DNA of 64,000 nucleotides from Picochlorum sp. SENEW3. Taxonomy: Eukaryota. The notes under the pieces are model-generated. The model searched no databases. It saw only the letters and a list, made by a program, of their open reading frames with translations, and was not told the origin of the DNA. The translations under genes were made by a program, and so were the position numbers. Location of the stretch: positions 62,001 to 126,000 of the forward strand of contig CP120464.1 in assembly GCA_034226945.1 (NCBI GenBank). Reading direction: 5' to 3'. Position 1 is the first letter of the stretch. Each line of letters begins with the position of its first letter. Positions 38,948 to 49,681 of this stretch are shown piece after piece.

Positions 38948-39571
38948 TTACAGGTACCCCAACTGCTGTTGCAATTGAGCAGAATCAAGCTGACCATGTA
39001 ATCGTCTTGTACCACGATTAAAAATGGAATATGCCGAAAATTCTCCAGTTCGCTTCCCAAGATTTCGGAACATGACATAAAAAAGGGTCCCGAGCAAATA
39101 TATCGGGCCCAAATCCCACCTGGAAGCCAATTTGGACCCAAGCATCCATGCTGAAAAAATCATCCATTGTTTCCCTGTAATGTGCGTTATTGGCCCGATT
39201 AACCATTCAGGGATCCCACATCTATTCATCAACAAATCTTTTAACCACACAGGGCTTTGTGCGTTCCATGAAAAGAGATTGTCCACCTCTTCCTCTATGG
39301 CATTATCATTGTTCGAAGAGGTTGGACTCTGCTGGATCTCTGCACACTTTTTCGGTTTGAGAAAGCACAGCACCGTATCTTCTTCCCCCAACGAATCCAT
39401 ATCGCCATCATCCAGCAAAGCCCTACCTTTACAACTCAATTCTAAACGTTCTACACTCGCACTCTCAAATCCAAGCCTTGTACCAACTTGCCGTTTGAAC
39501 CGTTCCAAAGAAGAACAATCAGGCTCCTCTATAGTGGCCATTCGCCCACTTGGATCTAAAATTTTAATCAT
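38948..39571 (-). CDS. Ubiquitin-like plus SAYSvFN-domain protein (SAYSD1-like)
   Basis: N-terminal Ubl-like segment (LSCKGRALLDD), a hydrophobic hairpin, and FRNLG...FSAYSIFNRG. Alternative start at 39541. Confidence 0.85.
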   Translation of the reverse strand: MIKILDPSGRMATIEEPDCSSLERFKRQVGTRLGFESASVERLELSCKGRALLDDGDMDSLGEEDTVLCFLKPKKCAEIQQSPTSSNNDNAIEEEVDNLFSWNAQSPVWLKDLLMNRCGIPEWLIGPITHITGKQWMIFSAWMLGSKLASRWDLGPIYLLGTLFYVMFRNLGKRTGEFSAYSIFNRGTRRLHGQLDSAQLQQQLGYL

Positions 39572-39573
39572 AA

Positions 39574-40875
39574 TTAATTTCTAAACAAGTTATTCTTCAA
39601 GGCTTCTCCAGTAATGACAATGCCTCTTCTTTTTTCCTCGAGGGTTACCGTTCGACCGACTGGCAACGTGTATGACTCCTTCATACGCTCCTTTTCTTCC
39701 TCTGTCCGACATAAAGATTGGGATTGGTCATACTGGAATGCCTCGCTTTCATAGAATTGTAAAGGAAAATTTGTTTTAGCTGCAGGAACAGACAGGCCCA
39801 CACAAGTCACACAGATACAGGGATCTCACACATGACATGTCACTTGTACAAGTGCGCATCGATTCAATCAACCAACGAACCTGATCGGCCCTTTTCAATC
39901 ACCAAAGCTCTGTCGTATTGCTGAGCTGCCTCCTCCTCTGTTTCAAATACTCCAAAAGACACCTGCATAAAGAGCATTCCATGTCATCCCATCTATTTGC
40001 ATCATAGGCACCCAGCACATACAATCACTCACATTCTTTCGACCTCGAAATGATCCTATTCGAGCTTCCCATCTACCAACTTGCCCAGACACACCTCTAT
40101 ATTTCGATCGTCCCCGACTAAATGCTGTACTCCGCCGCCGAATGTATGCCACCACTTCTTCTTCACTGAAGCTCTGAATTTCCTCCAGTTGACTCGTATA
40201 TTCTGAGGCATGGAAATTCGTACATGCTTTTGATCCTTTGCAGGCCAATGCTGCCAAATCATACGCTCTTGCAGCATCCTCTTGAAAATTAAATCCTCCC
40301 AGATAGAGTTGCTTCCCCTTGAGCCACAGGGACGCTTCCCAACGCTGTGTCAATCTATGCCTACTGACACCTCTATAACTCTTCTTCATAGAGTTTGAGT
40401 TTGCTTTCAATTTATGTGAGAATAAGGGTGCATCTTCGTGTCGATTCCAGCGGTGCTCTGATGCTGCAATGGGGACCAGGCTACTCTGTGTATCTGCATG
40501 TCGTCTGGTCCCATTGCTTTCGCACGGAATGGCAAGGTGCTGTCTCTGATGCGTCACATGTGATCCATTCAACTCTGTAGAAATCTCCAGAAAGGGAGGG
40601 CCATCATGCTGGTGTGTGAAGGAAGGCATCAAAGGGGAACTGCCACCACAGCTGTCTGGAAGCATACCAACCTCGCCTAAACACGACAACAACTCTTCTT
40701 CAGTCGGTAAATCTCGTAACAAAGGAATGTCTAACCCAGCAAGGGGATCTGAATCAAATAACCCCCCATCATCTCCTGTTTGAGGACCAACAACCAGGTT
40801 TGGGTCCACTGAGGGAGACACAGAGAGGGTGATACCATCCTTGTTGCTAGCAAAACCTTCCCTTGACGAGTCCAT
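39574..40875 (-). CDS. Double-AP2-domain transcription factor (AP2/WRI/ANT-like)
   Basis: YRGVSRHRLTQRWEASLW...QLYLGGF...AARAYDLAAL, linker RRSTAFSRGRSKYRGV, and a second AP2 completed across introns 39963-40032 and 39780-39880. Confidence 0.9.
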
Positions 40876-41214
40876 TGTACAGTTTTTCCTGACATATGTA
40901 TAACCATGTGAGATCCCTATATTCCAATGGCTCTATCCACAGGATTCGGTGGGTCCATCTTTTGAAAAACCTCTCGTTGAACAGCTGCACCGGCACAACC
41001 GGTGGTTGTGACGGGTTGACCATTCGACCGGTCAATCGCAGCTCCAACCTCACCATTGTCCATCTCTCGCCAAACGAACCACCAATTATACTAAAATATT
41101 GAATTAAAATCCTGAATAATGTCCAATAGGCCCTGATTATAGTTGCACGTGTCATTTGGTTTTGGTCAACGTTGTCTTCATTGTTGTCAGCCTTGTTGTC
41201 AGAATTTGAAGGCC

Positions 41215-41906
41215 ATGCCCAAGCTTAGTCGGTATTTAGGTTCTAGAAATGAAACAAATGTTTCACTAATCGATCGAAACGTGCCCGAGAGTGGTCACGG
41301 GGTTCCAGCAATTCAGAGCAGGAAAGAGATTCCTCGCAGTGAGCAGGTGCGCCATGATCGCGGGTCGCTAAGTGATGTTGAGATTATTCTCATGTGTTTT
41401 AATACGTACAGGAAGACCGAGAGGTGCGAGGTAGAGTGGATGAGGACTCTAGACTAGCAGACGTTCTGAGGAAAAGGTATGGCGAATTGGATTTACGCCA
41501 ACGTCACATGCTCACAAATGTAACACAATGCATTGCATAACACAGGGTGAAGGACTACGGGGAAAGGCAGTATAGGTGGGATGATGGGACAATGAGGTCG
41601 TCCAGGCCTCCCAGGAATCCATATGCAGTGGCATCTCGTCAGTCGTGGAGATCTTTAGTGCGATTTTGTCGTGAGCACGGCGGGGATAGAGAATTCGAAA
41701 AGAAAAAAGAATCTTTGAGATACGGTCTCTCTGTATCGTATGGGGATCATGTGGAACATCTTAGAGGTTTGGGATTGGCTCCAGAGACTGATGATGCAGG
41801 ACATTTCATAGATTTTGACTCGAATAAAACCAATCCTTTACAAGACAAAGACCATGCATTCAATTCATTCTATCATAGCGAAGCAAAATATTTGTTTGAC
41901 ATGTAA
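41215..41906 (+). CDS. Hypothetical protein (~185 aa, three exons)
   Basis: Phase-consistent GT-AG introns near 41347-41411 and 41477-41545. No recognisable domain. Confidence 0.5.
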
Positions 41907-41911
41907 TGTAT

Positions 41912-42838
41912 TCACTCCTTGCTCTTGTAAAACCATGTGTCTGGTAGGCCAAATCCGCTCCCTCCTCGCATGGATAAGGGCAATTTCCTCACCCTCTTTG
42001 GGTCGGGAAGCGGATGTATCATTCTCGCTTTCTTCTCAGGAGGTACTGGATTCATGTCCGCACCAGCAGGAGGGACAGGTTTCGATGTCTCTTTATTCGC
42101 AGTTGCTGAAGGAGGAGGGAGAGGCTTGGGTGCCTCTATACTTGCAGTAGGAGCCTCAGAAGAGGCCTTCATTTTTGTGGCAGCAGGGGGATACCGTAAA
42201 GGACAATCTCGAACCCAGTGGCCCTCCTGTTTGCATCTAAAGCATGTTTTGCGCTTGATTTCGTTCGCTCTCTTTGTGGGACATTCTTTGGCCCAATGGC
42301 CTGACTGATGACAGTGGAAACACACTCCCGGCATGGAACCGCCATCAGCATTCCCGCCATGTCCACCAAGCTGACTCTCACGTTTTATTTCCTCTGCATC
42401 TATAGACTTGTCATTGCCCAGAGAATTCGACTTGACAGGGCAATCCTTTGCAGAATGACCAATTTCTCCACACCGGAAACACATGGCAGTCCTCAGGGGT
42501 GCAGTGACGTTTTCATTCCCAGGAGCCTCACGGTTCTTCTTCTGTTGAGGTTGAACCCCATCTATCGCTCCCTGCTGAAAGCTCGGGTCGCCTCTTTCGG
42601 CACCACAGTTCCCACTTTGCTTACCAGGAGTGGCCCCATCTTCAGGAGCATCTGCTGCCACAAGCCTTTGCATGAAACCGCATCGAGAAGGATCTACAGA
42701 GCTCTTTGGACATGTATAATATTGTCCATTTTCCTTGTTTGAAGGCGTGAGGGTTGTCGTTGTCAAACCACACAGACAGGCAGGAGGAACCTGAGAAATC
42801 CCCGTTTTGGGCGTCGTTCTAACGCTGTTTTCCAACAT
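41912..42838 (-). CDS. GRF-type zinc finger plus three CCHC zinc-knuckle protein
   Basis: CLCG...NGQYYTCP...CGF, then CFRCGEIGHSAKDC, CFHCHQSGHWAKEC, CFRCKQEGHWVRDC. Confidence 0.85.
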   Translation of the reverse strand: MLENSVRTTPKTGISQVPPACLCGLTTTTLTPSNKENGQYYTCPKSSVDPSRCGFMQRLVAADAPEDGATPGKQSGNCGAERGDPSFQQGAIDGVQPQQKKNREAPGNENVTAPLRTAMCFRCGEIGHSAKDCPVKSNSLGNDKSIDAEEIKRESQLGGHGGNADGGSMPGVCFHCHQSGHWAKECPTKRANEIKRKTCFRCKQEGHWVRDCPLRYPPAATKMKASSEAPTASIEAPKPLPPPSATANKETSKPVPPAGADMNPVPPEKKARMIHPLPDPKRVRKLPLSMRGGSGFGLPDTWFYKSKE

Positions 42839-43073
42839 AAATAAACTTACAAATATACTACAAGAGCCTGCTATGCAGTATTCCGAACCGATGAATCACG
42901 CTGATGAATTCAATGTTCAAAATTTCACAAATTAGGACATTTAAAAACGTCAACGAAACAATAGAAAAATAAGGCTGCTTGTATCCATCCATTGTATCAA
43001 CATAGTGAAAAAAGATGCTTTGCAATCGTTAGAATGGGCACACATTGCAAGGGCTGAATTCGGTGTCGTCGCC

Positions 43074-46000
43074 ATGCAGAGCAGCGTCTTCATTCCTCCA
43101 AGTCCCAACTGGTGCGTCCTCTGTTCCGTATTTTGGAAAGATTTCGTCATAATTATATGTTATTGTAGGTATGGATCACAATTATCCTCGGTTCAAGGCA
43201 ACGAACTGGCATACTGTGCCCAGAATGCTATAGTGCTATTGGATATTGAGGGTGGTTTGGGCATCAAGGACATTATTGGGGGGTATTCCAGTCGCACGAC
43301 GTGTGTGATACATGTCAAGGATGACTGTGGTGGCCTGTTTTTGGTCACTTCCGTTATGGGTAGGAGTGTGCATGTTTGGAAGTGGTCTGATGATGGGTAC
43401 TGTAGGCATCGGACACTGACAAAACGCCCAGCAGAGATACGTGCTATGGCGAGTGATAACTCAGGAATGGTACTGGTTGGTGATAAGAATGGTAGCATAT
43501 TTGTCTGGGGTATTGTTGAGCCAGGTAGTAAGATGAAAAGGCTGCCAGAGTGTAAGAGGAATGATGAGATTGTGAGCATGGCGTGTTGCCCTGAAGGGAC
43601 TGTCAATATTGTTGGGGTGGGGTATAAGAGCGGCTGCTTTGCTTTATGTGATTATGATAGAGGTGTTGTGCTGGCGTGTCTGGATGTGTTCGATTCGGAA
43701 ATTCAGTGTGTGGCATGGAGTGCAGCAGACTCTTCAACATCTGGTTCCCATCTGATTGCAGTGGGCTCAAAAAGTGGGCTGATCAAAGTTGTAAAGGTTC
43801 TGTTAGATTCTGTTGAAACATGCAATGTCGTTGCTTGTCTGGATAATATGTATTCTCCGACCAAAAAGTCCTCAGAGGTTGGGAACACTAGTGTTGCAAA
43901 CAGGTTTTGGGCAAGCCTTGCATGGATGTCGCATCCTGAGGCTGACGGGATGGGAGATACACATTCATATTTGATAAGTAGCTCTCTGAATGGGCGGATT
44001 CTGGTTTGGCGGGCCGATGATATCGTCCAGGGCGGAGAGTGTATACCGTGTGCCAAATTACCAGAGAGTCACACGAGGGCAGTGTTTTCTGTTCAGAGCT
44101 GCAGGTTGGGGAACCAGGTGTTTGTGACATCCACTGGATTGGATCGTATATGTACATTGTGGAATGTTCCTATTGGAAAATCGCGCATCGAGTGGAGCCA
44201 GGCGAAGATTGCGAGCAGGTGTGTTGGCTTGGGAGGCCATCCAACAAGTATTTGTATTACAAGAGATGGTGATCGACTCATAGGAGGCATTGGTTGCGGG
44301 GATGGAACAATACGAATAGGATCTTGTGTTTCTATGGAAAAGGTACTGAGGGATGACACGATGACATTGCTATGGAAAGGTATCCCTGCTCCTGTTGTGG
44401 TTGTGTCGTGGTATCCTACCGGGCATGAGGTTCTGGCATTTGGATGCGAAGATGGAACGGTGGGTATGGTCAATATGGCCACCAAAAAGGTTCAATTGGG
44501 TATCTCGAGGCACCAAATGGCGGTTGCCACCATGGTATGGATTCCACAGGATGATGGCATGTTCCTGCTTCAGTCCTGGTGTACTGCTGGGGTGATTTTG
44601 ACATGGCCACATCATGAGGAGATATTTGCCGCGGCAGATGTCGCGTCCAAAGATTATAGAACGATCGAGCCTCTATTCATAGGTAACCAAGACTCCGAGA
44701 GCCCCATATCTTGCATCGTGGCTCTGCATGCTGGATGTGATGGGAGGGTTGTGATTGGCCATACCGATGGACTGATCAACATGTGCCAGTGCACAGCAGG
44801 GCTCCCTCGTATTTTGTGGGGATATCAGCCTATTCCAGACAATTTAGGTACCCATGATGTTCCATCTATCATAATGGTATCAGCGTGTGGGGAATCAGAT
44901 GCTTTCGCGTTGACTGATGATGGTTTGTTGTTTTCATGCTCAGGATTGAGCAGTGAGCCAACATCTGTATGCCGCGTGGCGGAGAATTTCGGCGATACCC
45001 TACCCACCAGCATATCTGTTATGTACATTCATAGTAAATTGATGTATGTAGTGGCGATCGGCCTTGAGAGCGGCATTATTGGGCTGTACTGTTCCAGGTC
45101 TGCTCACCAGGATGGCCAGGCGCTGTGTTTTGTTGACAAGTTCAAAGGGCACAGTGCTCCCGTACTTCAATGCCAATGGATACATTCTCAAAAGAAGGAT
45201 GATCAAATTGTCACATTTATGACAACCTCTCAAGATCAAAGCGTGCGAGTATGGAGAGTTGATACAGAAAAATGTTTGGTGGATGATGTAGCCTCAGCTC
45301 AGAGCAGCCCAGAGGCTGACATTGAAAATGCAGCAGCAGCAGCAGCAGCGGAGTTTAACAAGTCGAAAAGCAAGGCAAAGCTAAAAGATGCATCAACATC
45401 TCTTACTACACTCTTGCCTCCACTTAATCGTGATTCTGAACAGAAAATGACAGAAGGCATGCGTGGCATCCTTGAGACATTTCTGCATCCTGACAATGAC
45501 CACTCCAGCGACGTTGTTGAGTCCCTTCGGAACCACGTATTTGAAGAACAGAGTGGTGATATAATTTCTGATCTTCCTCTGTCTGCACCTGGCATTGATG
45601 CGTATGTGTCCAAGTGCGCAACAGCACTTGTAGATTCAGGCAAAACCTTGACAGGCGATCAGCTTGCTCAGAGGCGAGCCATCTTCAGAGCAGCTGCTCT
45701 CAAGTTATGGCAGGGCGATGTCGGTGATTGTGTGAAGCTTCTGATTGAAAACGATTGTTTGACGTCTGACTTTGTCTCTTTCGCTGCAGCTGCTGGCAGA
45801 GATGCGTGGGTCTTGGTCGTTCGAGCATATGTAGAGCAGTTGGAAAAGAAGGGGGACATTCACCTGGGGGCCTTGTACCTGCTGACTATAGGGGACATCA
45901 AGCAGGCATGCTTACTCTACGAAAAGCACAGACTTTTGAGAGAAGCAGCCACCCTTGCAACAACAAGGCTGCCGTCCGCCCACCCCGTAAGCCTTCGGGT

Positions 46001-46118
46001 GAGAAGGGCTTACGCCTGCCACCTCCGTGACTCTGGCGATCTGACGAGAGCATGCATGCTGTTCGCCGTTCTCAACGATACCAAGGAAGTAGCGTCCTTA
46101 ATGGATAAAATAAAATAA
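43074..46118 (+). CDS. GEMIN5: Gemin5-like WD40 protein
   Basis: IPPSPNW|Y start (intron 43112-43168), IGCGDGTIR, LWKGIPAPV...WYP...LAFGCEDGTVG, TTSQDQSVRVW, and a TPR-like dimerisation region WQGDVG...LTSDFVSFA...ALYLLTIG. Confidence 0.8.
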   Translation: MQSSVFIPPSPNWCVLCSVFWKDFVIIICYCRYGSQLSSVQGNELAYCAQNAIVLLDIEGGLGIKDIIGGYSSRTTCVIHVKDDCGGLFLVTSVMGRSVHVWKWSDDGYCRHRTLTKRPAEIRAMASDNSGMVLVGDKNGSIFVWGIVEPGSKMKRLPECKRNDEIVSMACCPEGTVNIVGVGYKSGCFALCDYDRGVVLACLDVFDSEIQCVAWSAADSSTSGSHLIAVGSKSGLIKVVKVLLDSVETCNVVACLDNMYSPTKKSSEVGNTSVANRFWASLAWMSHPEADGMGDTHSYLISSSLNGRILVWRADDIVQGGECIPCAKLPESHTRAVFSVQSCRLGNQVFVTSTGLDRICTLWNVPIGKSRIEWSQAKIASRCVGLGGHPTSICITRDGDRLIGGIGCGDGTIRIGSCVSMEKVLRDDTMTLLWKGIPAPVVVVSWYPTGHEVLAFGCEDGTVGMVNMATKKVQLGISRHQMAVATMVWIPQDDGMFLLQSWCTAGVILTWPHHEEIFAAADVASKDYRTIEPLFIGNQDSESPISCIVALHAGCDGRVVIGHTDGLINMCQCTAGLPRILWGYQPIPDNLGTHDVPSIIMVSACGESDAFALTDDGLLFSCSGLSSEPTSVCRVAENFGDTLPTSISVMYIHSKLMYVVAIGLESGIIGLYCSRSAHQDGQALCFVDKFKGHSAPVLQCQWIHSQKKDDQIVTFMTTSQDQSVRVWRVDTEKCLVDDVASAQSSPEADIENAAAAAAAEFNKSKSKAKLKDASTSLTTLLPPLNRDSEQKMTEGMRGILETFLHPDNDHSSDVVESLRNHVFEEQSGDIISDLPLSAPGIDAYVSKCATALVDSGKTLTGDQLAQRRAIFRAAALKLWQGDVGDCVKLLIENDCLTSDFVSFAAAAGRDAWVLVVRAYVEQLEKKGDIHLGALYLLTIGDIKQACLLYEKHRLLREAATLATTRLPSAHPVSLRVRRAYACHLRDSGDLTRACMLFAVLNDTKEVASLMDKIK

Positions 46119-46121
46119 TGA

Positions 46122-47357
46122 ATGAATATTTCTGCCACAAGGGCACTCATGAATGCACATTTTGCGATTGTTGGAAGAGGAGCTGCAGGCCTTGGCCTGG
46201 CTTATCACCTTCTCCGAGAGGGTGCAAAGAGAAGGGAACGCATCCAATTGGATATATACGATGCGTTTGAAATAGGATCAGGGGCCACTGGCGTGGCTGC
46301 TGGGTTAATTCATCCTTTCTCCCCTTCTGGCAAAGTCTTGTGGCACGGCCTGACTGCACATGACCATGCTGAGAGGCTCATCCGGGCAGCGCAGGCGCAC
46401 AGCACGGAGGTATTCTGGCGCAGAAGTGCCCTCTATAGGCCAGCAGTAAGCGAAAAACAGAAGAAGCAGTTTTCTAAGCACATTGGATGGGGCCGTCCAG
46501 ATCGAATTTTAGATGCCACCTGTGTCTCAGTGGAGACGACAGCTGCCTTGTGTGATGATCCAGGCTTTGGTACAGTGCCCCAAGGTGAGGGCCACATCTC
46601 AGGATTTTATGTTCCATACGGCAATGTAATAGATACAAAAATGTATCTCCATTCTCTTTGGAATCTGTGCCATCATGTTGCTGATGACCAAGGGAGTTCC
46701 ATCACATTGCATTCTGAGCGAGTCGAGTGCCTTGAAGATTTGGAACAACAGCAAGCGTATGATGCCATCGCAATAGCCACAGGAGCGGCTATTAATGAAA
46801 TAAAAGAACTTCAGGGGATGTTTGAGCTCGATTTATGTCAGGGGTACACTGTAGACATCACGGCACCTGATCCAAAGTCATGCAGTAAGAGGGACATTAG
46901 CTTGCTAGGCAATCCATATGTGGCCTTTCTCAATAATAATAGAGCTATTGTTGGCGCAACTCAGCAGCATGGTGTCTCATCGTATGATGCATATAACGCG
47001 TTGCAATTTCGGGATGGTGTTGCATCAAAGCATGCCTTGGACGCATCAGAAGATCTTCTGAACAAGGCTAGGCACATCTTGCCCAGTTTGCAGGACTGGA
47101 ATGTTGCCCAGATACGCACAGGCGTTCGAGCATTGCCAACACGGACCAGCATCGGATCAATACCATACGCAGGAAAGATTTCACGAGACCGAGAGGGCAA
47201 GCAATCCCCATCCTGGTGGAACGTTGGTGGATTGGGTGCCAGAGGACTCGTCTATCATGCCTGGTTGGGAAGTCTGGTCGCTTTTGCCATGTTCCAACAG
47301 GAAGACTCGTCCATTCCAATGGAACTAAAGCGATGGAAATGTGTTAAACCGAATTAA
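46122..47357 (+). CDS. FAD-dependent oxidoreductase (DAO/glycine oxidase family)
   Basis: AIVGRGAAGL, GATGVAAGLIHP, IATGA, TGVRALP, GGLGARGLVYH. Confidence 0.87.
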   Translation: MNISATRALMNAHFAIVGRGAAGLGLAYHLLREGAKRRERIQLDIYDAFEIGSGATGVAAGLIHPFSPSGKVLWHGLTAHDHAERLIRAAQAHSTEVFWRRSALYRPAVSEKQKKQFSKHIGWGRPDRILDATCVSVETTAALCDDPGFGTVPQGEGHISGFYVPYGNVIDTKMYLHSLWNLCHHVADDQGSSITLHSERVECLEDLEQQQAYDAIAIATGAAINEIKELQGMFELDLCQGYTVDITAPDPKSCSKRDISLLGNPYVAFLNNNRAIVGATQQHGVSSYDAYNALQFRDGVASKHALDASEDLLNKARHILPSLQDWNVAQIRTGVRALPTRTSIGSIPYAGKISRDREGKQSPSWWNVGGLGARGLVYHAWLGSLVAFAMFQQEDSSIPMELKRWKCVKPN

Positions 47358-48267
47358 CGTAATATTGGCGTTTGTATAACGAAGACAACAGGTATACTGC
47401 CATCCCACATCCCATGAGGACCCATACGCTCTTGTCCACCCCTACACGTACATGTACCTCTCGCTGCATACCAATCTGTGTCTCTAAAGCGTGCATTCTC
47501 TCCTCAATCCGTCGAACGACTGCCATAACCTCATCAATTTGGTCCTCTGCTACGTCATAATATGCCACAGAACCTGATTTCGTGCTAGTCCCATCAACAA
47601 AAACACCAGCAGTCTGAGTGGGAATTCTCCATGGGAGACACCCTAGCACCTCCTCGTGTTCAACTTCCTCCATTTTCACCTGTTCCACATATTCTAGACA
47701 ATTTTCTAAGAGTTCATCTATATTCTTCTTCGCCGTTTCCGCCATGTAATGCTCAATTGTTGATATCAGCCCATATGGACCAGATGCCTCACAACTCACA
47801 GTGATTGTGACATCGCAACCCCCGTGCCCATCATCACACATACGCACCACCGAATCCGACGAAAATCTATCCGCACCAGGCATTTGTGGCCTAGGTTCAC
47901 TGTCCAACACAATCTCTCGACCATTGTCGTGCACCGAAACCTTTTGGGTCTCAAACACACCAAGCCGCTCAGCCCCAATCAGCCTCTGAATCACCACAGG
48001 AGCATTAATTGGCAGTGTAAACACAATCTGTCGCTCCATACCGTCATCCCAATCCGGAACCAACGCCTCATCATCCCCATTCACCCGTGTATGATACGAT
48101 TTCAAAAATTCAGGATCTCCATACACAAACCAAAAGTACAACTCAGGGGAACATTGTCCGACATGAATCGTCCCACTGACAGTCCTTGTCATATTTATGC
48201 CCTTTCCCAAAATCGTACTTGTGAAACAAATTTCTTTCTTTTTTGGAACGGGGTTGAACGCATTCAT
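47344..48267 (-). CDS. VASt/START-like lipid-transfer domain protein with C-terminal TM
   Basis: FLKSYH...VPDW...ERQIVF...ETQKV...MPGADRF...ISTIE pattern, a coiled coil and a tail anchor. Alternative start at 48192. Confidence 0.65.
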   Translation of the reverse strand: MNAFNPVPKKKEICFTSTILGKGINMTRTVSGTIHVGQCSPELYFWFVYGDPEFLKSYHTRVNGDDEALVPDWDDGMERQIVFTLPINAPVVIQRLIGAERLGVFETQKVSVHDNGREIVLDSEPRPQMPGADRFSSDSVVRMCDDGHGGCDVTITVSCEASGPYGLISTIEHYMAETAKKNIDELLENCLEYVEQVKMEEVEHEEVLGCLPWRIPTQTAGVFVDGTSTKSGSVAYYDVAEDQIDEVMAVVRRIEERMHALETQIGMQREVHVRVGVDKSVWVLMGCGMAVYLLSSLYKRQYYVNSV

Positions 48268-48411
48268 ACGCACTGCCAATTACTTGGAGAGATCCAGATC
48301 TCTAATCTTCCTTGAGCAAAAAAAGGAAAGACGCATCCAGGAGAACAGCATACATAAATCCAATAGTAGTAGATAGAGAGAGATAGAGTCAAAATTAATC
48401 GATCCATCGAT

Positions 48412-49203
48412 ATGATGATCATGGGAATACAATCCTTGCCTGCCGTCAAGCTCTGCACAAGAGCAAGTGCGGTAGGAGGCTGTGCTCTGGTGCGTCCCGC
48501 CCAGGTACACCGCACATTGTCCCAATATAGTCGCTATAAGATGAAAGCAAGGTATGTCATGGTACATTTCTGTGTGTGAGCATCGTGGGCGATCGTGTCC
48601 CAGATTGAGTTCATGATTGCCAGCCTTCTCACGATTCTCAGTCTCGACTGACGCAGGCTGAATGCCTCTTCTACCTCTGGTGATGTCAATCTCGTATCTC
48701 AAGCCTTGACTGCCAAGGCTGCCACGATGGCTGCTGTGAAGAAATACCTGTTGAGTATTGGTTGGGACTTGGCTTGGGTTGATGGGGTCACGGCAGAAAT
48801 CATGAAGAGAAAATTGGAGACCAGTGCAGATCAATGCAAAGCTGTGGTAGAATATCTTACTGGAGAATTGAAAATTCCTAATCGCCGCGTAGAGAATATG
48901 GTGTCTATTTGCAAGGGCATTCTGGGCAAGACACCTGCAGAATTAAAGGAAACTGTGGATTTCATTCAGTCCAAGGGCATCGATGGAGATGCACTGCACA
49001 CGTTTTTGAGTTCCAATCCAGTCGTGTTGAGCTACTCCGTGTCTCCCTCAAAGGAATACTTTGAAAAGGGAAAGGCTCGAATGACTCTTGTGCTTGTTCA
49101 AGGCAAGGATGGAGCCCAGGTGCCATCCCTTGTTCAATGGAGAGAAGGCGCAGCGTTTAGTACGGCCCCCATGAGTCCAAATCTTCCATCAAAATCCACT
49201 TGA
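48412..49203 (+). CDS. Organelle-targeted protein with mTERF-like helical repeats
   Basis: Transit-peptide-like exon, intron 48552-48656, then VVEYLTGELKI...ILG and TVDFIQSKGI...NPVVLSY. Confidence 0.55.
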
Positions 49204-49681
49204 ATGTATGTAATCGTTAGAACTCAGGTCTTGTTTTTATCGACTGCCGAATTACTTTGTCCAAAGTCAACCAGGCATAGCGCCGCGACTTGTCGTAATT
49301 GCGCCAGCGAAAAGGGCTTGCTCGTAACCGCCCCATTGCATTTATATTACAGTAACATCTGTAGAAGTCGCGTCGAAATCGTGCAGTGCAGTTTTGCAGC
49401 CCTATCCGAACGCCTCTGTCGTGTGCGTCCTATCGTCACGAAAGGCATTCCATTCTGCACGAAAGCCAAGGATCAAGAGTAAAAAAATTATTTATGACGT
49501 ATTAACGGGGCAGAGCGTAACGAATTGTGGACATCGGCACGTTTGGGGACAAGATAAACGCAGGTGACCGCAGGAACAGGCAGAGCGTTTGGGAGCCAGT
49601 GTTGATACATTGTACCAGTAGGGGTGCAATTGTGATTAAATAGTGTATTACTGTATTAGTACTATATCAGTATACGTATAG

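Noticed and set aside
41912..42838. Retrotransposon gag (CCHC knuckles)
   Set aside because: No LTRs, protease, RT, integrase or target-site duplication.
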